64,000 nucleotides of DNA from Paraspadella gotoi. Its lineage: Eukaryota > Animalia > Chaetognatha. Numbering within the stretch: the first letter of the stretch is position 1; every line of letters starts with the position of its first letter. Position numbers and translations under genes: made by a program. Shown here piece by piece: positions 51,300 through 64,000 of the stretch. The notes beneath the pieces were generated by a model, which saw only the letters and a list, made by a program, of their open reading frames with translations, searched no databases and had not been told where the DNA came from. The stretch spans positions 5,532,993 to 5,596,992 of the forward strand of contig JBJCIZ010000239.1 in assembly GCA_051294375.1 (NCBI GenBank). The letters run 5' to 3'.

Positions 51300-51794
51300 C
51301 TGAAAAATTGATGCGAACAGTGACGAAAAAGCGACGATGCGACCGCTGAATGAGCTTGAGATGCAGTCATTTTGATTGCTTAATTCCTAGCGTTGAAGTC
51401 CGTCAAATACAAGCAGCAATCATTTTTAAATCATTTCAAATCAGTCGTTCATTTTAAGTCGCAGTCAGTCGTCTCTCATCACTTAACAGTTAACAATGAA
51501 TTCAATTAAATCAATTCAAGTCTTAGCAATCGTTTTAAGTTGCAGCGAGACTCTCATCACTTAACAATTTCAATTTCGACCCCTCACTCTTTCGTCACTT
51601 TACGATCATTTCAATTTCGACCCCTCACTCTTTTCATCACTTTACATCATTAAACAATTTCGACCCCCTCACTCTTTCATCACTTTACGATCATTTCAAT
51701 TTCGAATGTAGTAACTTGCTCATCGCCTCTCACATCAGGTAAAATCAATCACTCATCAATCAATCAATCACTAATCAATCATCGACTCTCACAC

Positions 51795-52358
51795 CCTCAA
51801 CTTTCACCGCAATCCAGGATTCACCGTCTCCGACCGAAGCTTTAGTCACGACGATCGCCGGCGTCGTTCTTTCTCCCGGCGTTGAATCCCGGCGTCGTCC
51901 ATCTTCTTTCGACGCCGCATCGTCGTCGTCGTCGTCGTCGCCGTTACCGGAATCGGCGTCGTCCACTGCATTCGCGGCATTAGGACTCGCAGTATCGCCA
52001 CGATTTACGGCATCTTGAGCGTTCTTTCTCTCCCCGGATCCGGCGTTTTCAATTCCCGGAAATTGGACGCCGTCAACGACCACGTTGGGAGTCGAAGGCG
52101 GCGCGGGTGGCGGCGTCGACGGCGTCGACGGCGCCGTTCGAATCGACGCCGGTTTCCAATCTCGACCCTGCTCATCCTCCAAGGTTCGACTGAAGAGCCT
52201 CGTCCGCGCCTCTTGTTCCGTCTCGAACTTTTCCTCCTCCTCTTCCTCCTTTGCCTCCTCCCCCTGGTCACGTGACTTGGTCGGGTGCAGCGACAGGTGC
52301 AGGGACTCGCGAGAGAGACGGAGGACGATCGGACGCCACCTGCCGTCGGCTTTGACCT
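51795..52358 (-). CDS. Syntrophin-like exon: PH1 N-terminal half EVKADGRWRPIVLRLSRESLHLSLHP followed by an acidic/Pro-rich linker
   Basis: 564-nt open frame; acceptor ctctccaag, donor G|gtgtga. Resembles syntrophin LEVLVRDRWHKVLVNLSEDALVLS. Confidence 0.8.
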
Positions 52359-53043
52359 CTTGGAGAGGCAGATGGCGGACGGCAGTTGGCAGATGGCAGA
52401 TGGTAGGTGGCAGGTGGAAGATGGTTGATGGTAGGTAGCAGATGGTAGTTGGCGGATGGCAGATTGCAGATACCAGATCGGCGGCGTGGTCGAATCGGGC
52501 GAACGGAAGGAAAATGTCGGTTGAAAAATTAGGTTTTATGATTTCGAAGAAAAACGTGTATTGTGAAATTGAGGAAAAACAATTAAGACAGCTTCAAACT
52601 TTATAATATAAACTTCATAATATAAACTTTATAATAGAAACTTTATCATATAAACCGGTTCAGTTGTCTAAAAAGGGCCACTACCTTAATTATTACGTTA
52701 TCATCATCATAAAAAACAAGAGGATCTTAAATAGTACTCCACTTTTTTTTTAATTTAACTATAATAATAAAAATAATAATATTTCTTGCCCATTTCATGC
52801 CACTCCACCCCCCAAAGCTTGTCGTAAAGCTTACTAAGCTTACCAAGTTCCTCCTCGCGCAATAATTCCGCCATAATTTCTGAATGTGAATCAAGATGTT
52901 CGTTGTTATTTTAAAATGGTTGTGGAATTATGAATTATGATGAAATCGGTTTTCTTTTCTTTCTTTTTCCTTTTTTTTATGTGACAAAAAATCGAGTAAG
53001 GATATGAGAGAGAGAGGAGAGAAGAGAGGAGAGAGAGAGAGGA

Positions 53044-53118
<75 letters not shown>

Positions 53119-54857
53119 CAGACAGACAAGGACTTGTCGTTTTTATTTTGTTTTTAATTCAATGCAAATTAAAAAAAAAACCGAAAATAAAATCCATAAT
53201 TCTCAAAAACTACGAAAATCACCAAAAAAAAACTTGAAACATTGACTCCCACAAGAAAATATAAAAAAATATTCGATCGAGACAAATTAGCGAGAATCTG
53301 AACAAAGTCCGATCAAAGAAATCGAGAAGGACGTATTCCGTCTTTTATCTCTGGCCAATCAGAGGCGAAATTTGGATCCAGGACAATCAAAACGGCCAAT
53401 CACGGTGATCAATGGCCATTGAAACTGGACTTCCGGTCCTTTGACGCCTAACGGACCAAATTAGTTGATCGGATTAATCGTGAAATTAATTATTAAACCT
53501 CTTATGACAAAGCTGATAAAAATATGATTGAAGGTCCATCGGTGACCACTCAAAATGTACGACCAATCACCGATGATTTATTTTAATCCATCAATCAATT
53601 ATTCGATCAATCAATCAATCGATCGAGCCAATAAACGGCCAATCAATCTTCCGAACTTTAAGCTTTTCGTTTTCCCGACGATAAATATATAGTTTTTACG
53701 ATGATCGTAAAGCCGAAGGAAAAAAAAGGTTCAATTTTAAAATAAAACGGAGAGATAAAAACTAAACAGAGATTTAAAATTAATGAAATAATACAAATAA
53801 AATAGATATTTCAAATTAATCAAGGAGTTAAGAACAAACCTGAGATATAAAAACGACCGGAGATTAAAAGTGAAACTAAGAAATAAAAGAGATAGAAAAT
53901 GGAGATGAAAAAGAAAAGAGAGAGATGAAAACAAAAAAGAAAGATCAAAATAAAACGGAGATTAAGAATAAAGCAGAGAGATAAAAACATAACAAAAAAA
54001 AAACCAAAAAAAAAAACAGTGATTAAAATGAAAACAGAAAGATGAGATATAAACAAACATTGAATTTAAAACAAAAATCAAAACAAAGTTAAAAGATTAA
54101 AACGCGGCGACGAATGTTAAATATCCTGAAGGTTGTTTATTAATTCTTACAATTTAAGAATTAAATTGGGAACAAAAAACTGATATCATTTGAGATATTG
54201 ATCATAGGATCGAATCTTTATGTCTCGGTTCAATCTCTTTTTACTACGATTTGATAGGACGTCCGCACCTCGCCTTTTCTCTGTACACTGTATATTATAC
54301 TTTTAACTTTAATTCCTCATTCTAATTAAATACGATATATCTTTGTAATAGTTTCAATTGAGAAAAAACTTCGACACCAAATTAGACCTCAATCCTGCGC
54401 ACGCACGAACTGCGCACGCACGCACGCACGAACTGCGCACGCACGAACTTCGACACCCAATTAGATCCCAATCCTGCGCACGCACGAACGCGATGCATAC
54501 TTCTCCCCATTTTTTCTCTCGCATAGAGAGTCGATACATAGTTGACCTTCTCTTTCTCTCACACGAAGTCGATCCTTCGTTCGCAGAATAAAAATCGAAT
54601 CGAATTTTAGAGGTCAGTCGTCGTTGTTGTCGTTGTTGTCGTCGTCGTCTTCATCGTCGTTTTCGTCCTCGTCGTCATGGCAATAAACGCTGCTGCGGTT
54701 AAAAAAAGAAAAGAAAATGGATTGATGGCTTCGTTCGCAAAAAAAAATATTTTTATTTCATATCGAAGAAGCAGCAATCAGTTTAAGGATAACATTTTTG
54801 TCATTTCCTTTTTTTCTCTCTCTCTCTCTTCCGCTCTTCCTTTCCTTCCTTTCCATC

Positions 54858-54921
<64 letters not shown>

Positions 54922-55579
54922 ACAAACTCTCAGAGCCAAAGCGCCGCCAACGACGACGACTCCGCCGACGACGAACGACGACAGCGCCACCAACCGCCAC
55001 GGGCGCCACTTGCTCGATTCCCCAACACCAACGACGCCACGCCCATCGAAAACGGCGTCGACGCCGAGTCTGCGGGCGCCGCTTTTGGCCCCGGGTGGAA
55101 CCAGCGTCTTTTGACATTTCCACGATCGGTCGTTCGAATTCTGTACGCAGTCGAAACCGAGGCAGCAAAAAACCTTTGGGCGTTTCGACGAATGAGGAAA
55201 TATTAATAGGCAAATTCGATACTCAAATAATAAATATTATTAGTAATGAAATTAGTAGTAATTTTTAAATGTAGTTTCGAATAACGACACTCGAATGATG
55301 ATGATAATTTAAAGATATTACATTAAATATTTATATAATATTACTTCAAAAAACACCAAGAGCTGGTGACCTTTTTTTTTATCGATCAAAAACACCAACG
55401 ATGAGGATCAAATTGAAACGAAGAGTCAGACGGACAAACAGAGAGACAGAGAGACAGAGAGACAGACAAGAGAAAACGGTAATTTGTTGGCGGTGCGACT
55501 TTAAAGCAGCCTGAACCACGGTCCGTCACTCGGCCTCGTCTCAATGGCTGAGCACGGCAAATTCAGCTGGCGCTTCTCC

Positions 55580-55765
55580 GCTCTTAGTTGTCGACAGTTG
55601 CTCTTAGTTGTCGACAGTTGCTCTTAGTTGATCTTAGTTGTTGACAGTTTCTCTTAGTTGCTCTTAGTTGTTGACAGTTTCTCTTAGTTGCTCTTAGTTG
55701 TCGACAGTTGCTCTTAGTTGCTCTTAGTTGTCGAAAGTTGCTCTTAGTTGCTCTAAGTTGTTGAC
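55580..55765. repeat. Compound 10-bp tandem repeat (ctcttagttg / tcgacagttg)
   Basis: Seen directly. Confidence 0.9.
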
Positions 55766-55851
55766 TCTTTGTTGTTGACCGGTGTATACCCCTGCCATCT
55801 ATTTGCCCATCAACATTCCCCTTTCTCCCCAGCCACAGCACTATTCCTGAC

Positions 55852-55911
55852 CTTGCCTCCCCTCGGACATTCGATGCAACCGTCTCCGTCGAATCTCTCC
55901 CAGCAACAAGC
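55852..55911 (-). CDS. Candidate 60-nt exon (ACCWERFDGDGCIECPRGGK in phase 0)
   Basis: Acceptor ctccatcgtttccag, donor AAG|gtcagg; no homology recognised. Confidence 0.45.
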
Positions 55912-56269
55912 CTGGAAACGATGGAGAGAGGATGGATTAGATGATGGAGAAGATGTTGAAGACGATGACTTGACGTAGTGAGAGGCTGTATTTAAATGAT
56001 GTTGATGACGATGAATAGATTCTCACAGGATATAAAAGATGATATGTTGATGATAATATTGAATATGATGATGATTGTGACGATTACGATGATGATGATG
56101 ATGTTGAAGATGATGTAAATGAACACGACGATGACGATGGCGGAAGAGGAGGAGGAGGAGGAGGAGGAGGAGGAGGAAGAGAAGCAGGAATTTAAGTCGT
56201 CGTCGTTGTCATCTTCTTTTCTCTTCTGGAACACGTCCTTATGATTTCTTGTCGCGGGTCACGTCATGC

Positions 56270-56304
<35 letters not shown>

Positions 56305-56307
56305 CTA

Positions 56308-56363
<56 letters not shown>

Positions 56364-56500
56364 CTCACACAAAACTAACAAACTGCAGCGTGTGAATCAC
56401 CGCTTGTCATTACAATTAAGTCTCAATTTGTCCCTTTAAATGTGACGACGTCGTAAAACAAAGTTGTAAAACTAAACGTGTCGTGAAACTGGGGGTTTTT

Positions 56501-56829
56501 TAGCTCTCTTTTCTAAAAGCGCCCGATATCTGTTCATAAATCCATATATCCTATTTTAACCTTAATATCAAACCTTAATTTATTACCAAATTTAATGCCC
56601 TTATTTCTAACTCTAATCCCTAAACCAAACTTAATCCTTAAACCTAACTCTAATCCTCAATTGCTAATCTTTAACCCCAAAATTTAAGTTCTTAACCCTA
56701 TATCCCTTACTCTAATCTTAAACTTTAACCTAATCTTTAACCCTAACCTTTAAACTAATTTCTAAGCCTAAAAATGAATTTAATTCCGAATAGAAGATAA
56801 AAAGGGGGCGTTCTGAGAAAATAAGGCCG
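56501..56829 (-). mobile_element. MITE-like TIR/TTAGGG element copy, reverse
   Basis: TAGCTCTCTTTTCTAAAAGCGCCC ... CCCTAA-like interior ... GGGGCGTTCTGAGAAAATAAGGCCG; flanks gttttt/attttt (5 of 6 match). Confidence 0.8.
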
Positions 56830-57518
56830 ATTTTTTTTCTTCTTCAATATTTCCCTTTTTTTTTCTAGTCGTAGTAAAAATAATCGTTTAAAATTTATGA
56901 CTTTGTCTAGAAATGGAAAGAAAGGAGAGAGATGTTAAGGGTTCAGGAAATGGTTAACCCTTATCGGTTATGGGATATATATTATAGAATTTGCGATTGA
57001 TGGAAAAGAAAAGAAAAAAAAAAGTAAAAAAAGAAAAAATCAGGGGCCGACTTATTCAATGAATGGATAATTTAACATTGGTCGTTCAAATTCCATAGCG
57101 AAAGAGTGTGATGAGGAAAATGAGTAAAATGAGCGAAATGATGAGGATATGACATGGAATGAGATTGGAAAGAAATTGGAAAGAGATTGAAAAGAAATTG
57201 GAAAGACATTGAAAAGAAATTGGAAAGAGATTAAAAAAAGATGGAAAAGAACTTGGAAAGAGATTGGAAAGAGATTGCCCAAATGACGGCAGACAAGGGG
57301 GATTCCCCATTGTGAAAGTAATCTAAAAGGAAACGAGGGTAGGAACAAAACGTCTACATAACTATACTATATACTATTTATGTTTTAAATATACATACCT
57401 ATTATATATATGTATTAAATAAGAAAGGCTAAAGGCGACGAGAAATGACGAATGCAGAATCGAAGAATCAAGAAGTTTTATAGTAATGTTAAACATGTCG
57501 TGGTCAACATTATTTTAA

Positions 57519-57598
<80 letters not shown>

Positions 57599-58099
57599 AC
57601 TCCAATACCTTATTCGTCTCACCGCAACTTCGTCTCATTCTATGAAACATTTTCGCTGTTCTTTTGTATCTCAACAGAGACATTCGCCGCGTGGGTCCTC
57701 TACAGGCGTAAACCCCGAAAATCCACAGAATAAAAACAAAAGCTTTGAAAAAAATCATTTTATCTCTCTCTCTCTATCTCTATCTCTATCTCTCTCTCTA
57801 TTTTAATCTAAAAAAATATATATATTTATTTATAACGACTAAAATTAATTTTTATTCGGTAAGAAGTTGATTTATGGACTTGAGAAAAAGTCGGCGTAAA
57901 CTCCGATAAAATCCGTATGAAACCCTAAAACAATAGTTAAGCCGTATGTAACTAAAAAGCTGTTAAACCATATGCATTGAAAAAATTTCATCCGTATGTG
58001 ACTAAAGAACTGTGAAACCGTATTTAAAAGCTGTTTAATTATGCCTAATAAGTACCCTTAAATCTCCCTCGCTATTCTTGCATGAAACGAGTAAAAACT

Positions 58100-58370
58100 C
58101 CATTCCTATGCTTTTTTGAACTTTCTGTCTCATGAACATATTTTAAACGTTTTATAATTATTCGAACATATTTTAGACGCCACCGAGTCGCCAGAATATA
58201 ACGTATATATAACGTATATAACGTATCTATAGTATCCTATGCTTTTTTGAACTTTCTGTCTCATGAAAATATTTTGAACGTTTTATAATTATTCGAACAA
58301 CATATTTTAGACGCCACCGAGTCGCCAGAATATAACGTATATATAACGTATATAACGTATATAACGTATC
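58100..58370. repeat. ~130-bp tandem duplication
   Basis: tcctatgcttttttgaactttctgtctcatgaa...gacgccaccgagtcgccagaatataacgtat occurs twice. Confidence 0.9.
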
Positions 58371-58643
58371 ATGAGTCTACATCTTTCTTTACAATGGTTT
58401 TTTTTATTGTTTTGTTGTTTTTTTAAGTGAGAAAACAAAGAACTAAAATAAAATAAACGCAAATAAACTTTGATTAAGGTCGCCGATGTCAATAAGTAAA
58501 AACTGTTTAGCTTCAAGAAGTAAAATCCCCGAGATATACCACGGTAGAGAAACGACAAACATTAAAAAAACACACACACCCACAAAAAAAACAAAACAAA
58601 CAACAACAAACGAAAATGTATTTAAATCGAGCCTGGAAAAAAC

Positions 58644-58774
58644 CTTCTTGCTCGGCGTGGAATGAGGCTCGTGTCGATGCCCGGAAGCGGAGACGTTGCT
58701 CGAGGTGGAGGCGATGCTCTTTTCTTGAAATCCTCCGGGCGAAGTCGGGTTTCCCTGACTCGTGCTGCCGCAGA
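58644..58774 (-). CDS. Candidate exon, (V)CGSTSQGNPTSPGGFQEKSIASTSSNVSASGHRHEPHSTPSKK
   Basis: GC-rich island, strong acceptor, phases 1/0, open frame. Confidence 0.6.
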
Positions 58775-59046
58775 CTGGGAGGCGGGAGAATGAAAAAAAA
58801 AGGAGCGAGAGTATTTTAGTTTTAAATATCAATTTTATGTATTTAATATATGTTAATATTGTTATCATTATCACTATTCCCTATGATATTCTTCAACGTC
58901 TTCGCAAGCACAGGGAATAAAATGGTAATAAGAATTAGTTTTATTGCTCGATTCATGTTCGTTATCATTGAGCAAATTATTTATTTATTTATTATCTAAT
59001 AATTACTGTTATTAATATTAATATAAATTTATTATTATTATTATTA

Positions 59047-59143
<97 letters not shown>

Positions 59144-59164
59144 CATTATTATTTTATGTCCTAC

Positions 59165-59225
59165 CAGATCCAGGCGAGGTAGCTCCTACACTCCTCGCCT
59201 CTGGCGACGTGAGATTGCTTCCATC
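59165..59225 (-). CDS. Candidate exon, DGSNLTSPEARSVGATSPGS (alternative acceptor at 59230)
   Basis: tgttcttaggtcag| ... G|gtagga; phases 0/1 bridge the two neighbouring exons. Confidence 0.55.
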
Positions 59226-59640
59226 CTGACCTAAGAACAAATTAATAAATTTTTATAAATATATATTTATATAATTATATTATTAATTATATTATATATT
59301 ATATAATATATTATATTATTATGATGGCTGATCCACCCATCAACGCCGTAAAAGAGCATTTCGCTAAATCCACACTCCGCACTCGATGGTCCCGGGTTCT
59401 AGCCCAGCTCGTAACGGTTCTTGCCGAAAGAGTGACGGGCCGGTTAATCCACCGCTAGCAAAGCCTACCGCCGGTTACAAAGTTATGGACAAAAAAATCT
59501 TGCATACCCAGTACCCACTTGCCACACTAAGTGTGGGTGGAATTCCACACCATCTATTTTTTTGGATATTTTGCGATTAATAATTAAAAATAATGGAGAT
59601 TCATTCTCTGCTAAAAAAATTATCTATTTTTTAAAGTCAC

Positions 59641-59793
59641 CGCGGAACTCGGCGAAGTCGGCGACTGAACGGCGATTCTCTCCCCAGGGATCTGATTGGT
59701 CGACGAGGCGCTTGAGCGTCCAATGAGGTTGCGTTTCGGTCCCTCGTCGTCATTGAGGGGAGTCTCTCTTCGGACGTTGGGAGTTTCCTCCTC
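59641..59793 (-). CDS. Candidate exon, EEETPNVRRETPLNDDEGPKRNLIGRSSASSTNQIPGERIAVQSPTSPSSA
   Basis: 153 nt; acceptor cccgttactcag, donor GCG|gtgact; open frame. Confidence 0.6.
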
Positions 59794-60211
59794 CTGAGTA
59801 ACGGGAATAGTAATGTAATAGTAATGGTCAAAAAATGAGATGCGCGTCGTCAAGTAATTATTTATTTTTTTGATTTTTAATTGGAATAAATTAAATTTTA
59901 AGTTTGATGAGGAGGTTTTAAATTAGGTTTAGGATTATGTTTAGGGATTAGATTATTGATTGTGGGCTATGAGCCTAAGGTTAAGGATTAGAATGTAGTT
60001 TTAGAGTTAAGGGGTTATAGTTTAGAGTTTTTTTTTAAAGGTTTTAAATTAGTGTTATTGATTATGTCAGGGTTAAACGTTAGATCAATAAATGGTTATA
60101 GATTCGTTAAAGATTAAAAGGTTAGACTTTTAGGATTAAAAATTAAATTCGGGGATAAAAGGAAGAGAAATTGGCGCTCTCGGAAAAAAAGCGCCCAGTG
60201 CATCGAATTAC

Positions 60212-60293
60212 CATTTCTGTACTGATTCCCGTTGAATCGTCTCGTGATGTTGACGTCCGTGTTGTCGTTCTCTTCCTGTTCAGTCGCCTGATC
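60212..60293 (-). CDS. Candidate exon, IRRLNRKRTTTRTSTSRDDSTGISTEM
   Basis: Acceptor tttcatctcag, donor ATG|gtaatt; the phase-0 end fits the exon starting at 59793. Confidence 0.55.
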
Positions 60294-60469
60294 CTGAGAT
60301 GAAAATTACGACCGAAAATTTGAGATCGATTCATCAATCTCATTTGCATATTGTCGTATTGAATTAATAAAAAAAAAAAGGGATATTAGTTGACAAAAAG
60401 TTGCAATTTTGGAAAAGAAAAAAAACAGCAAAGAAGAGATTCCGCTCAGTTGTCTTTGTCGATGTCATT

Positions 60470-60606
<137 letters not shown>

Positions 60607-61648
60607 AACAAGAAAAAATTATTTTTCTATTTTTCGCCATTTGTTTTCAACCTAATTTCTTAATTCACATCTCGCTAACGGTTAAAGCATTAAAATTTCC
60701 TTTTCGGGCCAAATGATTTAAAAAAATGACTGTTTTCGTTTCTTGTATCAATTTACAAAAACTTGCTCTTGTCCGTCTTCAGCCGCTAGACGAAGTTGGG
60801 ATTCATTTTTCAGGTTAAGAATCGTCAGCGCGAATTTTATTTGAAGATTCACCACTATGCTCATCGCCAATTGTTAACCGCTTTGGGATGGAATATGGCA
60901 ATTTTTTTCATGCAAATATCCACAGAACTAATTATTAATGTTTTACCAATTTTAAGGTGCAATATTTCAACAATAACAACGACAACAAACAAAAACGACT
61001 ACGACAATATGAAATAGAAAAAAAAATGTCGTCGTCTCGTATCCAATAAAATATTAATTCAAAAAAAATTCAATTTAATAATAAATAGTGTTATCTTGCC
61101 CCCTGACTTTGGACACTGCACAATTGACCGGCTTTGGCGGGAATGGCCTCATATCCTCTTAACAAAAATAATAACATAGCAACTGCACACGAAAAGGACA
61201 TCTACTCCCTTTTCACGGTATCCTCGCATGCAATCGCGCATGCGAACCTGCGTGCGATTCTGCATGCAATCCTGCGTACGATGGAACTGAAACCCAAGCC
61301 GATGTCTCGCAAGCGACGTCAATTTTGAAAAAAAAAAAAAAAAAGAGAAAACAACGTTGACAGAAAACTTCTCATTCTGACTTTGATTGGTTCCAGTTGG
61401 TTCCATGGTCATTGGGATCCCATTGCACGCGATCGATGGAATGAATTGTTTTGTTTATCGACATGAAACAATGTGCGCTCAAATGAATTAAAGAAAAGTC
61501 GTTTTTATATGCCTAATTTCGATTTGAGCGATAAAATATAATTGGGGTTTGTATAAAAACCGATTTTACGGTACTACATATCTAAGCGAAGTCGTGGACA
61601 GACGAACGCGAAATAAATCGAGATTAATGTTTTTATGTCATAGGATGG

Positions 61649-61738
<90 letters not shown>

Positions 61739-62087
61739 GAGATTTGGGGACCCCTCATTTTTTAAAGAAGTCCCGCCCCCGGGGCCTGAATGTCATGCTT
61801 ATTAATTTTTTGGGTATACGTGCAAATGTAGGATGAGAGGTTAAAGTTTGGTGAGTTAGGTTAAGGATTAAGTTATAATTATAGGTTAGGGATTTTGGTT
61901 AGTGATGAAGGGTTAGTTTAAGAGGTTGTCGGGTATAAATTAAAGATTATTATTACATAGAATAATATATTCAATTATTATTTATTATTTATTAGATTAT
62001 TATTTATTATTATTATTATTATTATTATTTATTATTATATATTATTATATTATTTATTATTATTATTATAGAATATTATTTTATTAC

Positions 62088-62145
<58 letters not shown>

Positions 62146-62532
62146 ATTATTATTATTATTATGGTTCAGCATTAGGTTAGGGTTAGGGATTAGGGATTAG
62201 GGTTATGAGTTTAAAAAATATATTTTAGGCCTTTGCAAAAAGATCTAAAAACTCAAAAGATGGAATCAAGTGGAACCAAATGAAATCGGATCATAAACTC
62301 GGGGAGAAATTACCGAAAATGGAATCGAGCTCTCTGATTAGTGAGATTCAGATAGAACAGGCCAATAGGCGGATGAGCTTCCATCGCATTAAAGTTAATA
62401 GAAAATTCTGGGATAAACAACCGAAATGGAACAGTCTTGGAAAAGTGAGCCCGAATTTGCATGTGTGCGTAATCTTTCCACGATTTTTATGTTCCTCTTT
62501 TTTTTTCATTGATTTCTGGATGGCGGAATAAC

Positions 62533-62577
<45 letters not shown>

Positions 62578-63261
62578 AAACAGCATCCTTTATAAACATA
62601 TACGACAAGATTAATTGAACCCGTCATGCTGACAAAGCAGGAACGATTATGAAAAAAAAACCCTCATGTCGAAGATAAGTACAACAACGACAAGGCCAGA
62701 TAAATGACTTGGGTTTTGTTTGGCTAAAGAGAATTCGGTATTGGTGTCGGAGATCAAAAGGCGTGTCATCTATTTTGTTTATTATATAAAATTGGCACGA
62801 AACAATATAAAATTATCCACTCGTAATAAATAAGCTATCTTGCCATGGACTTTGGATAGGCTTTGGTGGCTAAGGCTCTCCCGTCACTTCACAAGATATG
62901 GCATAGGAGGTTCCCGCAAGCTTTCAATCAAGAGTCTCACACAGTCTCGTATTTAGATTGGTTATGAAGGAAATTGTTAGTAAATTGTTAATGGTTGGTA
63001 GCAGTAGCGTTTATGATCGGAATCTCATCTACTCGAAAACGAGTCGCTCGCCCTCTTTAACAATTTGGGTTTAATGTAAGTTGTATAATTAAAATTTAGC
63101 AGTTAGAATATGAAATTATGAAATTATCCATATATTCAATAAATAAGCTATCCCTCTTACAAGCGCTAACATATCTGGACACCACATTCAAATATATTTA
63201 AAAATACTTTAAATCAATATAAAATAAACCGTTCAAACCCCCCCCACCCTTATAAATTCAA

Positions 63262-63557
63262 ACTGGCCCGATCGCGTTCCTCATGGCGCCGTTGGAGTTG
63301 GTCGATTCCTCCGGCGCTGTTGTTGCGTTGTTGTGGTTCACGGCGATGTTGTTGGCGTGGCGTTGTTGGCGTTGTTGGCGTGATTGTCATCGTTGCCCTG
63401 ATCAGCGTCGTCCTTCTGGGTATGTCACCATCTCGACGACGAAGATGAGGTAAGGTGAGGATCCGAGTCTCGTGACTCCTTTCTCCTGCTGCGGCGGGCG
63501 GCGGCGGCGGTTGTGGGCGTGGCTTGGGCGGCGTCGACTTGGGAACGAACGGTCATG
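63262..63557 (-). CDS. Candidate low-complexity Ala/Asn/Asp-rich exon with apparent frameshifts
   Basis: GC-rich island; segments MTVRSQVDAAQATPTTAAAARRSRRKESRDSD, QKDDADQGNDDNHANNANN and NNATTAPEESTNSNGA lie in different frames. Confidence 0.35.
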
Positions 63558-64000
63558 ATTCGGAAGATTCGGGGTTCGATTCCCTCTTTGATCGTCTGAA
63601 GACGAATCGGTTTCTTCAGATGTTTTTTTTTTATCAGTGAAATAGGATTTATTTTCCTCGAAATTTATCTATTTATTTATTTATTTATTTATTTTTCATT
63701 TATGCTTCAAACTTTGAATGCACTTTTTTTTTTTGTTTTTTTTTTTATAAAATTCCTTTTTTTCAGCGATGATTATTTCCCCACGCGAGACTTCAAAATA
63801 TTTTTTTATTTCTTCTCAAAAAATCCAAAGTTTTAAAACGTTTGATGACTAATTTCGTATAATCTATATTTTTATTGTTCGTTCGAGAAAAAAATGGAAA
63901 CTGACTAGAATTTGAATTTACTTCGTTTCGTTTTTGTTTCTAGAGCCTCGTTTTTGAAATGCGTTTTTTGTTTGTTTGTTTACTTTTTCGACCCCCCAAA

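Noticed and set aside
61265-61315. RDIGLGFSSI on the minus strand as a PDZ start
   Set aside because: The rest of the frame lacks PDZ features and stops soon after.
61840-62210. TTAGGG tracts as a true telomere
   Set aside because: Short, degenerate, interstitial and present in both orientations across the window.

Overview
Animal (probably invertebrate) draft-genome window: AT-rich, gapped, full of microsatellites, with signs of uncorrected long-read sequence. The prokaryote-style ORF track is mostly noise. Two intron-containing genes can be reconstructed on the minus strand. (1) The 5' part of a canonical ankyrin (ANK1/2/3, Ank2/unc-44 family): six exons at 3169-7779 cover roughly repeats 1-6, one of them frameshifted. 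Candidate N-terminal exons lie at 16.6-20.2 kb, and the gene continues off the left edge. (2) A divergent syntrophin-like gene (split PH, PDZ, rest of PH1, start of PH2) at about 44.6-52.4 kb, with a long acidic insertion. A further chain of phase-compatible low-complexity exons lies at 55.8-63.6 kb. Non-coding highlights are a TIR-bounded MITE-like family with 6-bp target-site duplications that carries TTAGGG-like repeats, a Penelope-type minimal hammerhead ribozyme at 19606-19648, a dispersed ~180-bp repeat family, splice donors duplicated inside tandem repeats, and two probable assembly duplications. All family assignments come from manual translation and recalled family motifs, not database searches.
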